A stretch of DNA of 64,000 nucleotides from Acidobacteriota bacterium (lineage in GTDB: Bacteria > Acidobacteriota > UBA6911), in assembly GCA_016929335.1 (NCBI GenBank), contig JAFGIY010000014.1:30586-94585 (forward strand), read 5' to 3'. Shown here one piece after another: positions 45,834 to 55,832 of the stretch. The notes beneath the pieces were generated by a model. That model was not told the DNA's origin. It searched no databases and worked only from the letters and a program-made list of their open reading frames with translations. A program made the position numbers and the translations under genes. Positions within the stretch are counted from its first letter, which is position 1. The number at the start of each line of letters is the position of its first letter.

Positions 45834-47330
45834 TCACCGGCGCCGCAGGTGCAGCACATATCGCCTGTCATCTATCGAGTATTCTTTTGCACGAACGAGT
45901 CCTTCCGTGTCAGCCGGTGCATTTTCGACCGTGGTGAATAACGCATCACATGATTTCGGGATATGGATTGCTCCAATGGGAAGAACCCGGTGAGAGAAGC
46001 GATAGATGGCTGCACTGAAATCGGACAATTCCTCGAAATGATCTCCAATCATGCAGGCAGTCGGTTTGCGCCCCGGAGCGACAGCTTCGATGCGCGCTGT
46101 GATTTCTTCATAGACCGCCACCTTCCCGGGATTCCACTCGGGAATCCAGCTTGTTATGCGCTGATCCAGGCTTGCCGCCAAGCCGGCCAATAATGCGATC
46201 GCGGTGATGATCCTGGCAGCAGGGCGGTAAAATCGCACGGCTGCAGCGCTCACCAGGATCCAGAGAAAGGCCTGCTCGGTGGCTATTGAATAGATCCTCC
46301 GGGATCCCTCCGTGTATTGCCAGGGATCAAAGAGCAGAATCAGGCCGTAGCAGATTGCAAGCGACAGGAACGAAAACGGTTTCAGACGATGCGCAAAATC
46401 GGAGGCGGGCGATGGTCCGACCTTACAGCGCTTTGATTCGATCGCATATACGATCCATGCGACGATTAGCGCAATCGCCAGGAAGATAAAGCGAGAAGCG
46501 ACGGCCGATGTCCACAAGTGCCGGAAGGACTCTGCCAGCGAACTCACAGCCTGGTTCCCTTCCTTGTTGATCATGAGCGGCCATTCAGTGGGAATCGTGG
46601 GGAGTCGGTCGTTAAAAACCAGCCATCCGAACAGGACAGCTGTCAAAAAGAGCGGAGGAATCGACCAGAGAAAGGCAAAAGTGCGTCGATAGCCGTTGTC
46701 GGAAAGAATGGTCTTCCCGTTGAGCAAAGTCAGAGAGAACAGGTAGAACCACATCGAATCGCGCGTCAATAACGCAGCGGCTCCCACAACCGGTAGCCAG
46801 CGGCGTCTGGCTAATTCGAGTGCGCCGCCATACAGCAGAAGATAGAACAAGGCGATCGCGGTTATTTCCTGATACAACGTCGTACTGCTGCGCGCGATGA
46901 CAGCCTGCTGCGCGAAACAGAACATCACCGCGAGGCTTATCAGCAAACCGCGCCAGTTCCTGCCGAGAAATCGCAGCCCCAACAGCCCGAGTCCCAGTAC
47001 CGCCAGAAATAGATGCGCGCACGGAATCAGGTTGAAGAATGAATACGGAACATCAAATCTGGCCAATCCCCAGATTAGCCACTGAAGATAGGGAAGCCAG
47101 ACGCGGTTCCCCATACGGGCAATAAGCCGGTCCGCATTCAGCATGCGGACCGAAGCATCTCCCGTAAAAATCGGATTGCCCAGCGCAATGATCGCTTTCC
47201 AGGCAAAGAGGGCAAAAGCAAATGCGACCACGCAGATGACGAAGTATTTCGGTGATAAACGACTGAACTCCGGTTTATTAGAGGAATCGCTATTATTGCT
47301 GGCCGGAGCTGTTTCAGACATGGGGCGCAT
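45834..47330 (-). CDS. Polytopic membrane protein, GT-C-like glycosyltransferase (putative)
   Basis: 498 aa with ~10 TM helices followed by a ~130-aa soluble C-terminal domain. No motif-level assignment. Confidence 0.5.
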   Translation of the reverse strand: MRPMSETAPASNNSDSSNKPEFSRLSPKYFVICVVAFAFALFAWKAIIALGNPIFTGDASVRMLNADRLIARMGNRVWLPYLQWLIWGLARFDVPYSFFNLIPCAHLFLAVLGLGLLGLRFLGRNWRGLLISLAVMFCFAQQAVIARSSTTLYQEITAIALFYLLLYGGALELARRRWLPVVGAAALLTRDSMWFYLFSLTLLNGKTILSDNGYRRTFAFLWSIPPLFLTAVLFGWLVFNDRLPTIPTEWPLMINKEGNQAVSSLAESFRHLWTSAVASRFIFLAIALIVAWIVYAIESKRCKVGPSPASDFAHRLKPFSFLSLAICYGLILLFDPWQYTEGSRRIYSIATEQAFLWILVSAAAVRFYRPAARIITAIALLAGLAASLDQRITSWIPEWNPGKVAVYEEITARIEAVAPGRKPTACMIGDHFEELSDFSAAIYRFSHRVLPIGAIHIPKSCDALFTTVENAPADTEGLVRAKEYSIDDRRYVLHLRRR

Positions 47331-47558
47331 TATGTCATCTATGGATTCCGAAGTAAAATTGCCAGTTGTATCGCATTTGCCCGATTCCCGACTGCCTGGA
47401 CTGAGACTCCGAAAAGATGTTGTTTCGCGTATGGATGCTTTAAAGGGTTTTAGATATGATAGGTGCCTGGAGCCCTAATTCTTTTGCGTAGCCTTATTCG
47501 CCTGCCGGCTTGGGCAGCAGCGATTGATTTTATGGGCTGACCCAACTGATATGCGGAG

Positions 47559-48494
47559 GTGCTTATGTCTCTCGATCCTCAAGCGCGCGCCCTTTTAGAT
47601 CAAATGACCGCAATGGGTGCTCCGCCGATAAACGAACTGCAGGTCAATGAGGCGCGGCAATCTCTTGCTGCGATGTCGGGAATGCAGGGTGTGCCGGAAG
47701 CGGTTGCCGGGATGGAAGACCGGACCTTGCCCAGCGGAGAAGGTGGTATCCCAGTCCGTATCTACACACCGGCAGGCTCAGGCCAGAGACCGATCCTGGT
47801 GTATTTTCATGGAGGAGGCTGGGTTGTCGGCAGCGTTCGGGATAGCGATATACTTTGCCGCGCACTTGCCAATGCATCGGGCTGCATTGTCGTGTCGGTT
47901 GACTACCGGCTGGCGCCGGAGCATCCATTTCCTGCTGCGGTCGACGATGCCTATCAGGCTACGGTATGGGCAGCGGAAAATGCAGCAGGTTTTGGCGGTG
48001 ATGGCTCCCGCATCGCGGTTGCAGGCGACAGCGCCGGCGGAAACCTTGCCGCAGTCGTCGCACAAATCGCCCGCGACCGCAATAAACCCGCGCTGAAGTT
48101 TCAGCTGCTTATATATCCGGTTACAGATGCTGCATGCGACACTCCCTCCTACAGTGAAAACGGCGACGGCTATATGCTGACAAGAGATGCCATGCAATGG
48201 TTCTGGGGCCATTACATCCGTAACGACTCCGACCGGATCAATCCTCTAGCCTCGCCACTGCGCGCGAGCAGCCTGAGCGGACTGCCCGCGGCACTCGTCA
48301 TTACCGCCGAATACGATCCGCTGCGCGATGAAGGGGAGCTTTACGCCAATCGCATGAGGGCCGCCGGCGTCCCGGTAGAGCTTAAGCGGTACGACGGAAT
48401 GATCCACGGATTCTTCACAATGGGAGCGATGATCGATCAGGGCAGGCTGGCGCTGCAGCATGCCGCCGCCGCACTGCGCGCGGCGCTGTCATAA
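47559..48494 (+). CDS. Alpha/beta hydrolase, hormone-sensitive-lipase-type esterase
   Basis: Oxyanion HGGGW, nucleophile elbow GDSAGG and a C-terminal DPLRDEG / H region. Confidence 0.85.
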   Translation: MLMSLDPQARALLDQMTAMGAPPINELQVNEARQSLAAMSGMQGVPEAVAGMEDRTLPSGEGGIPVRIYTPAGSGQRPILVYFHGGGWVVGSVRDSDILCRALANASGCIVVSVDYRLAPEHPFPAAVDDAYQATVWAAENAAGFGGDGSRIAVAGDSAGGNLAAVVAQIARDRNKPALKFQLLIYPVTDAACDTPSYSENGDGYMLTRDAMQWFWGHYIRNDSDRINPLASPLRASSLSGLPAALVITAEYDPLRDEGELYANRMRAAGVPVELKRYDGMIHGFFTMGAMIDQGRLALQHAAAALRAALS

Positions 48495-48615
48495 ATCGGG
48501 AATATCCCACTCAGTCTATTCAGGCCTTCCGGGAATTTGATCCGGCCTGGTGTGAAAAATATGGACAGAGGGGCGTCCGCAATTTCCAATCGATATTCAA
48601 AGGAATGATAGCCTG

Positions 48616-49443
48616 GTGTCTAGAGTTTTCCGAAAACCGAAATGGGCCGTTTGCCTTTTTCTATTGATGGCTGTTTTCGCGCTGTACTCATTTATTGAGC
48701 CGCGATGGCTTGAAAATAAGACCTACATAATCAATAGCCCCGACGTCCCCCCGAAATTTCACAACCTGAAAATAGCTTTTGTGTCGGATATCCACCACGG
48801 GCCCTACTTTGATATATCCAGGGTTAGACGTCTGGTAGACAAGGTGAACCTTCAAAAGCCGGATCTTATCCTGCTGGGTGGGGATTATGTGCACGGAAGT
48901 TCGAAATACATCCGTCCGTGTTTTAATGAACTTAAAGCATTGCGGGCGCCTCTGGGTGTTTACGGCGTATTGGGAAATCATGATCACTGGGAAGGTGCTG
49001 CGCTGACGAAGGCGGAAATGGCCGCATCCGGCATTGTCATGGCGGACAACAGTGCTTTCTGGGTGGCCAAGGATGGGGAGAGAATCAAGATTGGCGGAGT
49101 GGGCGATTATGTCGAAGACATCCAGGATATCAACCCCACAATAGGCGACGCCCGGAAAAACGATTTTGTCATCCTGCTGTCACACAATCCGGATTATGCG
49201 GAGGATTTAATAACCGATAGGATAGACCTGATTCTCAGCGGACATAACCATGGAGGGCAGGTAACGCTCTTTGGGTTCTGGGCCCCTATCGTGCCTTCAA
49301 GATACGGACAAAAGTACCGGACAGGCCTGATCGATCTGGGATTGGCAAAGCTGATCGTTTCAAACGGCATCGGCACCATAACCCCGCCGGTCAGGCTGTT
49401 CGCCAGACCGCAGATCGTTATTGCGATACTCAGAAGGCAATAA
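48616..49443 (+). CDS. Membrane-anchored metallophosphoesterase (YkuE-like)
   Basis: An N-terminal TM is followed by the motifs DIHHG, GGDYVHG, GNHD and GHNHGG. Confidence 0.85.
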   Translation: MSRVFRKPKWAVCLFLLMAVFALYSFIEPRWLENKTYIINSPDVPPKFHNLKIAFVSDIHHGPYFDISRVRRLVDKVNLQKPDLILLGGDYVHGSSKYIRPCFNELKALRAPLGVYGVLGNHDHWEGAALTKAEMAASGIVMADNSAFWVAKDGERIKIGGVGDYVEDIQDINPTIGDARKNDFVILLSHNPDYAEDLITDRIDLILSGHNHGGQVTLFGFWAPIVPSRYGQKYRTGLIDLGLAKLIVSNGIGTITPPVRLFARPQIVIAILRRQ

Positions 49444-49580
49444 AGCCGGAGACGTCCCGATCGTTTCCCAATTGCCTGGCCCCTATTCGACTGCCTTGCT
49501 TCCAGTGGAGGCAGGCCGGACCGGTGCAGCCTGCCTAAATGTGAAGACTTTTTTTGAGGACTGGGAAAGAGGATTCGGAT

Positions 49581-50321
49581 CTACCGTGCGCTGTACTGGA
49601 CCATGACAAAAATGCCGGATTCTCCGACGTTTCTGGCGTTGGAAAGTATAAGGATAAATTCTCTTTCCTCTTTCTCCCCGCTTTTGCCCGGCAACTCCAG
49701 TTCGATACTTTTGGTCTGAGCCGGTTCGATCGTTATGTTTCCTTCTTTCGTCCCATCATAATAGATGGTTTTGCCGTCTTTTGAGCGAATTGCGGTGATT
49801 ACCAGGGGGAGGGATCCTTCATTGGTCACCAAAAGGGACTGCTTTTTGCCGGTATCGCGTTCGGTTCCTGCAAGCACGACTCTTCGCGGAGCGACCGCGA
49901 TCTTAGCTCCAGGCGCTTCAAGCACTTCTCCTTTTATCGTAAAAATGTCGATTTTATCGTGTCCTGGGATGTTGGTAGTAAGAGTGACCTTTTTATCGAA
50001 AGGCCCCGGCCTGCCTGAGGTGGCATAGGTTACTATGATATCGGTTTTTTCGTTCGGATTCAGTGTACGCTTTCCAAGCGTAGCTTCGGTGCACGCTCAG
50101 CTGGTCCTCACGTTGGTGATTTCAACGGGCGTGTCTCCCACATTTTGCAGGGTGGCTGTTGCCTCGACTGTCTTTCCTTCCGCAACCGTTCCTGCGTCGT
50201 AATGATCGGGTGTGGCTTTGAGAATTATGGCCGAGTCCTCAGAAGCCGCAGACAGCCCTGCAAAGAGCATAGCCATGCAAAAAATACTGCCGGCTGTCAC
50301 CGAAGCTTTTCCGCGTTTCAT
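49581..50321 (-). CDS. DUF1573-family secreted protein with in-frame TGA (candidate selenocysteine) at 50097-50099
   Basis: Two same-frame ORFs are separated by one TGA. There is a strong SD before ATG 50321 and a signal peptide. NVRTS-[TGA]-ACT aligns with the family motif NVR.SCGCT. A hairpin lies at 50066-50082. The alternative reading is a pseudogene or sequencing error. Confidence 0.6.
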
Positions 50322-50375
50322 AAAACTCTCCCCTTTCCATTCGGCATGTTCGAAGAACACACTATATAGTATTGC

Positions 50376-50825
50376 TTACTCGCCATGTATGTTTTTAACC
50401 TTTGCCTCATAGTTGAATCCCGGGTCCTGGCCCTCGGTGTGGCATTGCCTGCATAATGCGGCGCCCGATTCCTTGACGATTGTTTTGGCTGTCGGATCTG
50501 CCATATGCGCACTGCCCGGGCCGTGGCATGCTTCGCACTGCACTCCGGCCATTTCCGGAGTCAATTCGTGGTCGATAAATCCGCCATCCTTTTCATATCC
50601 GGTCACATGGCACTTCACGCAGGCAGGCAGCTTTTCCTGTCCTGTTTTTTTCAGGCTTTCAATGGCTTTTGCGTGCCGTGTTTTTTGCCATGTATCGTTG
50701 ATGGTGGAATGACACATTGCACATTTTTCACCACCTACATAGGACGCGGATTGTTCGGAACCGGCTCCTGCCGCACTCACAAGCAGAAGCAGCAATACGA
50801 TCACAGAACCCTTTTTAATCCTCAT
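50376..50825 (-). CDS. Tetrahaem c-type cytochrome
   Basis: ~149 aa from ATG 50825, with a signal peptide and four CxxCH motifs (CAMCH, CVKCH, CEACH, CRQCH). Confidence 0.8.
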   Translation of the reverse strand: MRIKKGSVIVLLLLLVSAAGAGSEQSASYVGGEKCAMCHSTINDTWQKTRHAKAIESLKKTGQEKLPACVKCHVTGYEKDGGFIDHELTPEMAGVQCEACHGPGSAHMADPTAKTIVKESGAALCRQCHTEGQDPGFNYEAKVKNIHGE

Positions 50826-51187
50826 AGGCCTTCCATATCCTTCCAGCGGATTCAAATCCACTCCCGTTTCTCCGTCCGATCTCCATCCATAGATGACTAT
50901 CCTCTATACTGTAACCTTTTCACATTCTATCTGAAATAGTTGCAATAAAGTGTGGAGTGTTTCAAAAGAAAAATCCGGCGGCCAATCCCTTTCGGCGCAT
51001 CAGATTAAGGAGCGGTTCAGGCTCTTGACCTGGTCTCATTGCCGGAGAAGAATTTCCAGCCCGTAGAGTAAGAGCAAAGATAAAAAATGAGCAAGCGAAA
51101 ATTCACCGAAGAATACGACGGAGTGCAGGACTTATGGAGCTTCCAGGACCCGATGAAAAACTGCCGGATAGGAGAATAGTTGAGGCA

Positions 51188-51458
51188 GGTCGCGGCGTCA
51201 GAGGCTGTCTCAAGCCCTGTCATGGAGCGGGCCTTCGGCCCTTATCGCTTGCTTCAATGTTTTCCCAGGGCTTCGCCCTGGGTTGATATGTGCCGCGACT
51301 TCGGCGCTTTTAGGCATTGATTATGCGTCAGTTTAAGCGCCAAAGGCGCGAAATCATACCAGTCTGAGGCGAAGCCCCAGGAAGGAAGTTGCATTAACGA
51401 CATAGGCTGAAAGCCCGAACCATTCCGGGTTTTGAGATAGCCTCTTTAAGCCGCGACC
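51188..51458. repeat. Family-E foldback element copy E2 (MITE-like)
   Basis: The TIRs are GGTCGCGGCGTCAGAGGCTGTCTCAAGCCC and GGGTTTTGAGATAGCCTCTTTAAGCCGCGACC. The interior is collinear with E1, with compensatory changes in the local hairpins. Confidence 0.75.
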
Positions 51459-51671
51459 AAAACGAAACTAATGTTTATGCGCGCATCGTAACATGGATTT
51501 GCGGATCTCGTCATCGCTGCCACGGTTTTTAAGCCTGTTGTCGAGTTTTGAGATAATCTCTTTGCTCATACCGGTGCATGATTAGTGCTAAACTTCCCAA
51601 AGATACTTCGGGTCAAAATACATATTTGATTTCCCCGGTTTTATGATGCGCTGTTTGGAAGGGGGTAGGAA

Positions 51672-53666
51672 ATGAATAAGCATGTGGTCGCCGTGCTGTC
51701 GCTGCTTATGATGTCTTTCAACGCTTTAGCTGTAGACCGCACAACAACTGGCGAACTGATCATTGATCCGCCTACGCTTATGGCCCTGGGATTTGCATGG
51801 CATATTGAGGGCGATGATAACCGCAACGCGCAGGTTTCCATTACATATCGCAGGAGCGGTGAGACGAACTGGTCGCGCGGCCTCGACCTGATGCGCCTGC
51901 AGAACGAGGAGACTTTCCTGCGTGGCTCGCTCGACTACACGTCTCCCAATATGTTTGCCGGAAGCCTTTTCGACCTGAAGGAGAACACGGAATATGAAGT
52001 GCGCCTGCAGATTCAGGATCCGGATGGCGTCAGCGGCGATGCGATAAAAACCGTTGCCGTTCGGACACGCGCCGAGCCAATGCCCTCAGCCGACGGCCGC
52101 ATATTTCACGCTTATCCGCCGGGCTTTAAAGGGCCGCGTCAGGAGCCTGCCTTCTCCGGGTTGCTCGAGGCTTACTACATGGCATCGCTCGGTGGAGACT
52201 GGAGCCGTGCGTCGCCGCCGCGCGTACATGCGGGCGATATCATCAAAGTTCACGCGGGCGTTTACCTCAGCAAGCACGATCATTATTCTCATGAAATAAA
52301 TTCCGGTTTCACGACATGCTGCGGGACGCCGTGGGACGGTACGTATTACCTGACCCAGGACGGTACGGCAGAACGCCCGATTGCCATCATCGCGGCGGGC
52401 GACGGCGAAGTCGTTTTTGACGGCGACGGCAATACCGTCCTGTTCAATCTCATGGGCGCGCAATATCACCACTTTGAAGGCATTACATTCCGCAACACGG
52501 ATACAGCCATTGAGGCCGGCATGAAGGAAATAGCCGGCGCGAAGGGGATTGCCGTCAAGCATTGCCGTTTCGAGAATATCGGCGTCGCGGTTCATTCAGA
52601 CTGGGCCGGCTCGAGCGGTTTCTACATCGCCGACAACGATATGCTCGGCCGCGAGGACCTGAATTCCGTCTTCACATGGTTTGCAGTCGAGCCGTGGGTC
52701 AGCCGACCGGATTTCACAACGCGCGGCAAGATGAAATCCTTCTATGCCGTCTCCATCTATGGCCAGGGGCATGTGATCGCCTACAATAGGGTGAGAGGAT
52801 TTCACGACGGAATCGACCACGCGACCTATGGAATGCCCGATGGCTACCCGAATACGCCACGCGACCGCTTGCCTGTCGCCATCGACATTTATAATAATGA
52901 CGTTTCGGTCGTTCATGACAACTGCTTCGAAGCGGACGGATCCGTACGTAATGTGCGCGTCATGCGCAACCGCTGTTTCAATGCGCCGCTCGGCGCCATG
53001 AGTCCTCAACCCATACTCGGAGGGCCGGCATATTTCATCCGGAACGTCGTCTATAACGCGTGGTGGGGACCAGTAAAGGTACATGGCGAGCCTTCCGGTG
53101 TTTATTACCTGAACAACACGTACATCGGAGAATTCAGACAGCTTACGCCCATGTCCAATGTGCATCTGCGGAACAACCTGATTTTGGGGCAGGGCACCAC
53201 ACAGCGGGTGTTTTCGCTGGAAACATTTACCAATTACAGCTCTTCCGATTACAACGGATTCCGACCGAATCCGGAGACAAAAGAAGCCTTTGCGTGGAGT
53301 TCTCCGCCTTTTGAGAAACCAAGGGATTTCTATCCAATGCGCCGAACTGATCCGAAAGCGGCCATTGCTCTCACACAGCGGGTATTTCCGACACTGCAAT
53401 CGTATTCGCAGGCGACAGGACAGGATCGCCACAGCCTGCTGGTCGATTATGACATTTTCGTTGCGGCACCGATGCCGGATTTTTCGGACCCAACCCGCGT
53501 AGTCGCTGTGGATTCGTTGGATCTGAGGTTGCGTGAGGGCTCTGCAGTCATCGATGCAGGCATTGTGTTGCCGAATGTAACGGATGGATTCCGGGGAAGC
53601 GCTCCGGACCTTGGCGCTTATGAATTCGGCGCGCCGCTCCCTCATTACGGGCCCCGATCCCGGTAG
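51672..53666 (+). CDS. Secreted right-handed parallel beta-helix repeat protein
   Basis: 664 aa with a signal peptide (MNKHVVAVLSLLMMSFNALA). The central region has periodic N/D/G-rich turns typical of the pectate-lyase-fold (I/V-x-N ladder). Substrate unknown. Confidence 0.65.
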   Translation: MNKHVVAVLSLLMMSFNALAVDRTTTGELIIDPPTLMALGFAWHIEGDDNRNAQVSITYRRSGETNWSRGLDLMRLQNEETFLRGSLDYTSPNMFAGSLFDLKENTEYEVRLQIQDPDGVSGDAIKTVAVRTRAEPMPSADGRIFHAYPPGFKGPRQEPAFSGLLEAYYMASLGGDWSRASPPRVHAGDIIKVHAGVYLSKHDHYSHEINSGFTTCCGTPWDGTYYLTQDGTAERPIAIIAAGDGEVVFDGDGNTVLFNLMGAQYHHFEGITFRNTDTAIEAGMKEIAGAKGIAVKHCRFENIGVAVHSDWAGSSGFYIADNDMLGREDLNSVFTWFAVEPWVSRPDFTTRGKMKSFYAVSIYGQGHVIAYNRVRGFHDGIDHATYGMPDGYPNTPRDRLPVAIDIYNNDVSVVHDNCFEADGSVRNVRVMRNRCFNAPLGAMSPQPILGGPAYFIRNVVYNAWWGPVKVHGEPSGVYYLNNTYIGEFRQLTPMSNVHLRNNLILGQGTTQRVFSLETFTNYSSSDYNGFRPNPETKEAFAWSSPPFEKPRDFYPMRRTDPKAAIALTQRVFPTLQSYSQATGQDRHSLLVDYDIFVAAPMPDFSDPTRVVAVDSLDLRLREGSAVIDAGIVLPNVTDGFRGSAPDLGAYEFGAPLPHYGPRSR

Positions 53667-53696
53667 GCCGGTTTTTGCGTCATGGATCTTTTTGCA

Positions 53697-54572
53697 TTAC
53701 TCCTCCCACTGGGAAACGACCTCTCCCAGGCCCAGGCCGCCGCTCATGGGTCCCTTGGTGATGCTCATCTTCGCATCGAGCACCTTGATGGGGCCGAAGA
53801 AGGTCAGCGGATCGTGCGGGCCGTCGAAGAACTGCACTGCGGCGGTTCCCTTTGTTTCGGTAGTCACCGCCGTCGGGTCCGGGACAGGTGCGCCGCCCGC
53901 GGGAAGATCGCAGCCGACACAAACAAGCTGGGTTAGAGGAGGAACCTTGGGTGAAGCATTGGGAATCCGCTTGACCAGGTATGTGGGCATTATAACCGGC
54001 CATTCGATATCAGGGGTGGATTCGGAAATTGTGTATTCGACCTTCATCAGAGGTATGCCGCCCTGATCTTTCTGCTTGTAGCATTCTACCGTCCATCCAG
54101 TGTCGGTCTGGGTCCAGGTTATATCCGCCATTTTTTTCGGCCATCCCCATATTTCCCGTCCGGCGATAAGTCCCATATCACTATCGATATATTCGATGAG
54201 CGTGGTGGCGCCAACGCTGTCTTTCCATTTGACAGGAGCATTGATCTGGATCTCGTGGACATTAAAACCTTCACAGTCGGGGCTCCATCCCATCTGAAGC
54301 ACAAACAGATCGTCATTGCCGTTCCGTTCCAAAGGCGGGACGAGCGCCCGCTGGATGGCTCCTTTAGGGGCCTGGCACAATATTTGCAAGCCATGGGCAT
54401 CATTGAAATGGTGCGGCAGCGGCGGATAGGGCGGAGAGAAGGCAGGAGAAGGGATGAAATCGGCCTGCGAAGTTTTCATGTCCTTATCTGCGGTCTTGCA
54501 CCCCGGCAAAGAGACCGCAAGAATTGCACATATGCATACTACGATAATAAGCAATGTGTATCGCTTCATCAT
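53697..54572 (-). CDS. Acetoacetate decarboxylase (ADC) family lipoprotein
   Basis: 291 aa with the lipobox LPGC. The block AGREIWGWPKK matches the ADC-family GREiwGfPKK signature. Confidence 0.65.
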   Translation of the reverse strand: MMKRYTLLIIVVCICAILAVSLPGCKTADKDMKTSQADFIPSPAFSPPYPPLPHHFNDAHGLQILCQAPKGAIQRALVPPLERNGNDDLFVLQMGWSPDCEGFNVHEIQINAPVKWKDSVGATTLIEYIDSDMGLIAGREIWGWPKKMADITWTQTDTGWTVECYKQKDQGGIPLMKVEYTISESTPDIEWPVIMPTYLVKRIPNASPKVPPLTQLVCVGCDLPAGGAPVPDPTAVTTETKGTAAVQFFDGPHDPLTFFGPIKVLDAKMSITKGPMSGGLGLGEVVSQWEE

Positions 54573-54662
54573 TATTTTGTCCTCCTTAGCAAGACCATTG
54601 AAACCCGCCCGCTATTCCGACAATCAGGCTATGGAAAAAACGAAGCTGCTCCTCTGTGAAAA

Positions 54663-55544
54663 TTATTTGCACGCCGGCTCATCCGGCCAGCCTATTGTTT
54701 TGTATTGCTTCCCATATTCAAAATAAGCCTGGATCCAATCAACCAGGCCGTTTCTCATTTTGAACATATGGAAATCAGGCCAGACGTTGTTAAAAAGTGT
54801 GTACGCAACGACGATGCCCGTTTCCTCATCTACAAGGAATCGTCGGGGGCTGTGGGTCATGTCCGCGAAGCCCACGGGCGAGCAATTGTGCGCAGGCATT
54901 GTTACTCCCTGATTCGTTCCTCCCTTTGTTGTCTGCGCGCCGTTTTCCCAGCGGTCGCAGGTCTTGGAGTAAGGAAGAATGGAGACTTTGCGCGGTTGCT
55001 TCTGGACGAACAATTCAAAATAGTCGTCGGCTGCTGCCATCATTGTCAGGCGGGAGCTCCGCTGCTCGGGTGGAAGAATGCCTTCCCAATCCTGGTCTTT
55101 TGTGTCCAGAATGGCTTGAACGTCGAGCACTTCCTTCCCGCGAACAACAACGGCTTCGATCTCGGAAATCTTCTCCTTGTCGACTTTAAGCCGAACTCCG
55201 TAAAGCATCGGCTTGCCGGCTTCATCAATTATGGCTTGCGTATGCGTCCCGCATTTCTGAGTGTCGATCATGCCGCGTTTGAAAGTCAGCTTGCCGGCAG
55301 TTTCCCAGGATCCCTTTCCAACTGCGACCTCTATGCCGTTTTCTGTGTATCTCACTCCGGAGGCGAGCGGCAGACTTGATGGAGTGTGCGCTTCAAGAGC
55401 TGTAAAGAATTTATCCGTGATGGCCTTGAGGCTCTCACGCGTGCATGCCTGGCCGCTTGTTTGCGCTATCGCTGCGGCATTGCTGACCAAAATCAAATAA
55501 CAAACTGCTCCTCCCGATAGTGCCCATCGCAGTGCTCTTTTCAT
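54663..55544 (-). CDS. Secreted hypothetical protein
   Basis: 293 aa from ATG 55544, with AGGAGG 8 nt upstream, and a signal peptide ending AAAIAQ. The longer track ORF runs through the tRNA gene. Confidence 0.6.
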   Translation of the reverse strand: MKRALRWALSGGAVCYLILVSNAAAIAQTSGQACTRESLKAITDKFFTALEAHTPSSLPLASGVRYTENGIEVAVGKGSWETAGKLTFKRGMIDTQKCGTHTQAIIDEAGKPMLYGVRLKVDKEKISEIEAVVVRGKEVLDVQAILDTKDQDWEGILPPEQRSSRLTMMAAADDYFELFVQKQPRKVSILPYSKTCDRWENGAQTTKGGTNQGVTMPAHNCSPVGFADMTHSPRRFLVDEETGIVVAYTLFNNVWPDFHMFKMRNGLVDWIQAYFEYGKQYKTIGWPDEPACK

Positions 55545-55678
55545 CGTGGAATCCTCCTGATCGGTTCGCTTGAATCCATGTCTTCGGGAAATGAGTCTCT
55601 TTGCACCTGTCGATGCCGAATTCCCGGGAATGGCAAGCCCTTGTCCAGAATAAGGTTTAATAACTGGCTGTGAGTTAG

Positions 55679-55768
<90 letters not shown>

Positions 55769-55832
55769 GTGTCGGAAGCCTGTTGATTGTATGTCTCCGG
55801 CCATGGAACCGCAAGTGATTAAAAATGCTTGC

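Noticed and set aside
50066-50082. 15-nt identity (ACGCTTGGAAAGCGT) between the candidate SECIS hairpin and the anticodon arm of tRNA-Ser at 55715-55729.
   Set aside because: A few chance 15-mer repeats are expected in a 64-kb window read on both strands, and I see no mechanistic link.
50846-50877. tRNA 3'-end-like fragment GCGGATTCAAATCC...TCTCCG upstream of the cytochrome gene, considered as a possible att repeat of tRNA-Ser.
   Set aside because: Only the palindromic T-loop-like core matches (about 11-12 of 14). In direct orientation the acceptor part does not match, and in the orientation where TCTCCG matches the repeat would be inverted. That is not consistent with integrase-mediated insertion.
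51468-51569. 33-aa minus-strand ORF (MSKEIISKLDNRLKNRGSDDEIRKSMLRCAHKH) next to E2.
   Set aside because: It has no SD, is very short, and conservation cannot be assessed here.
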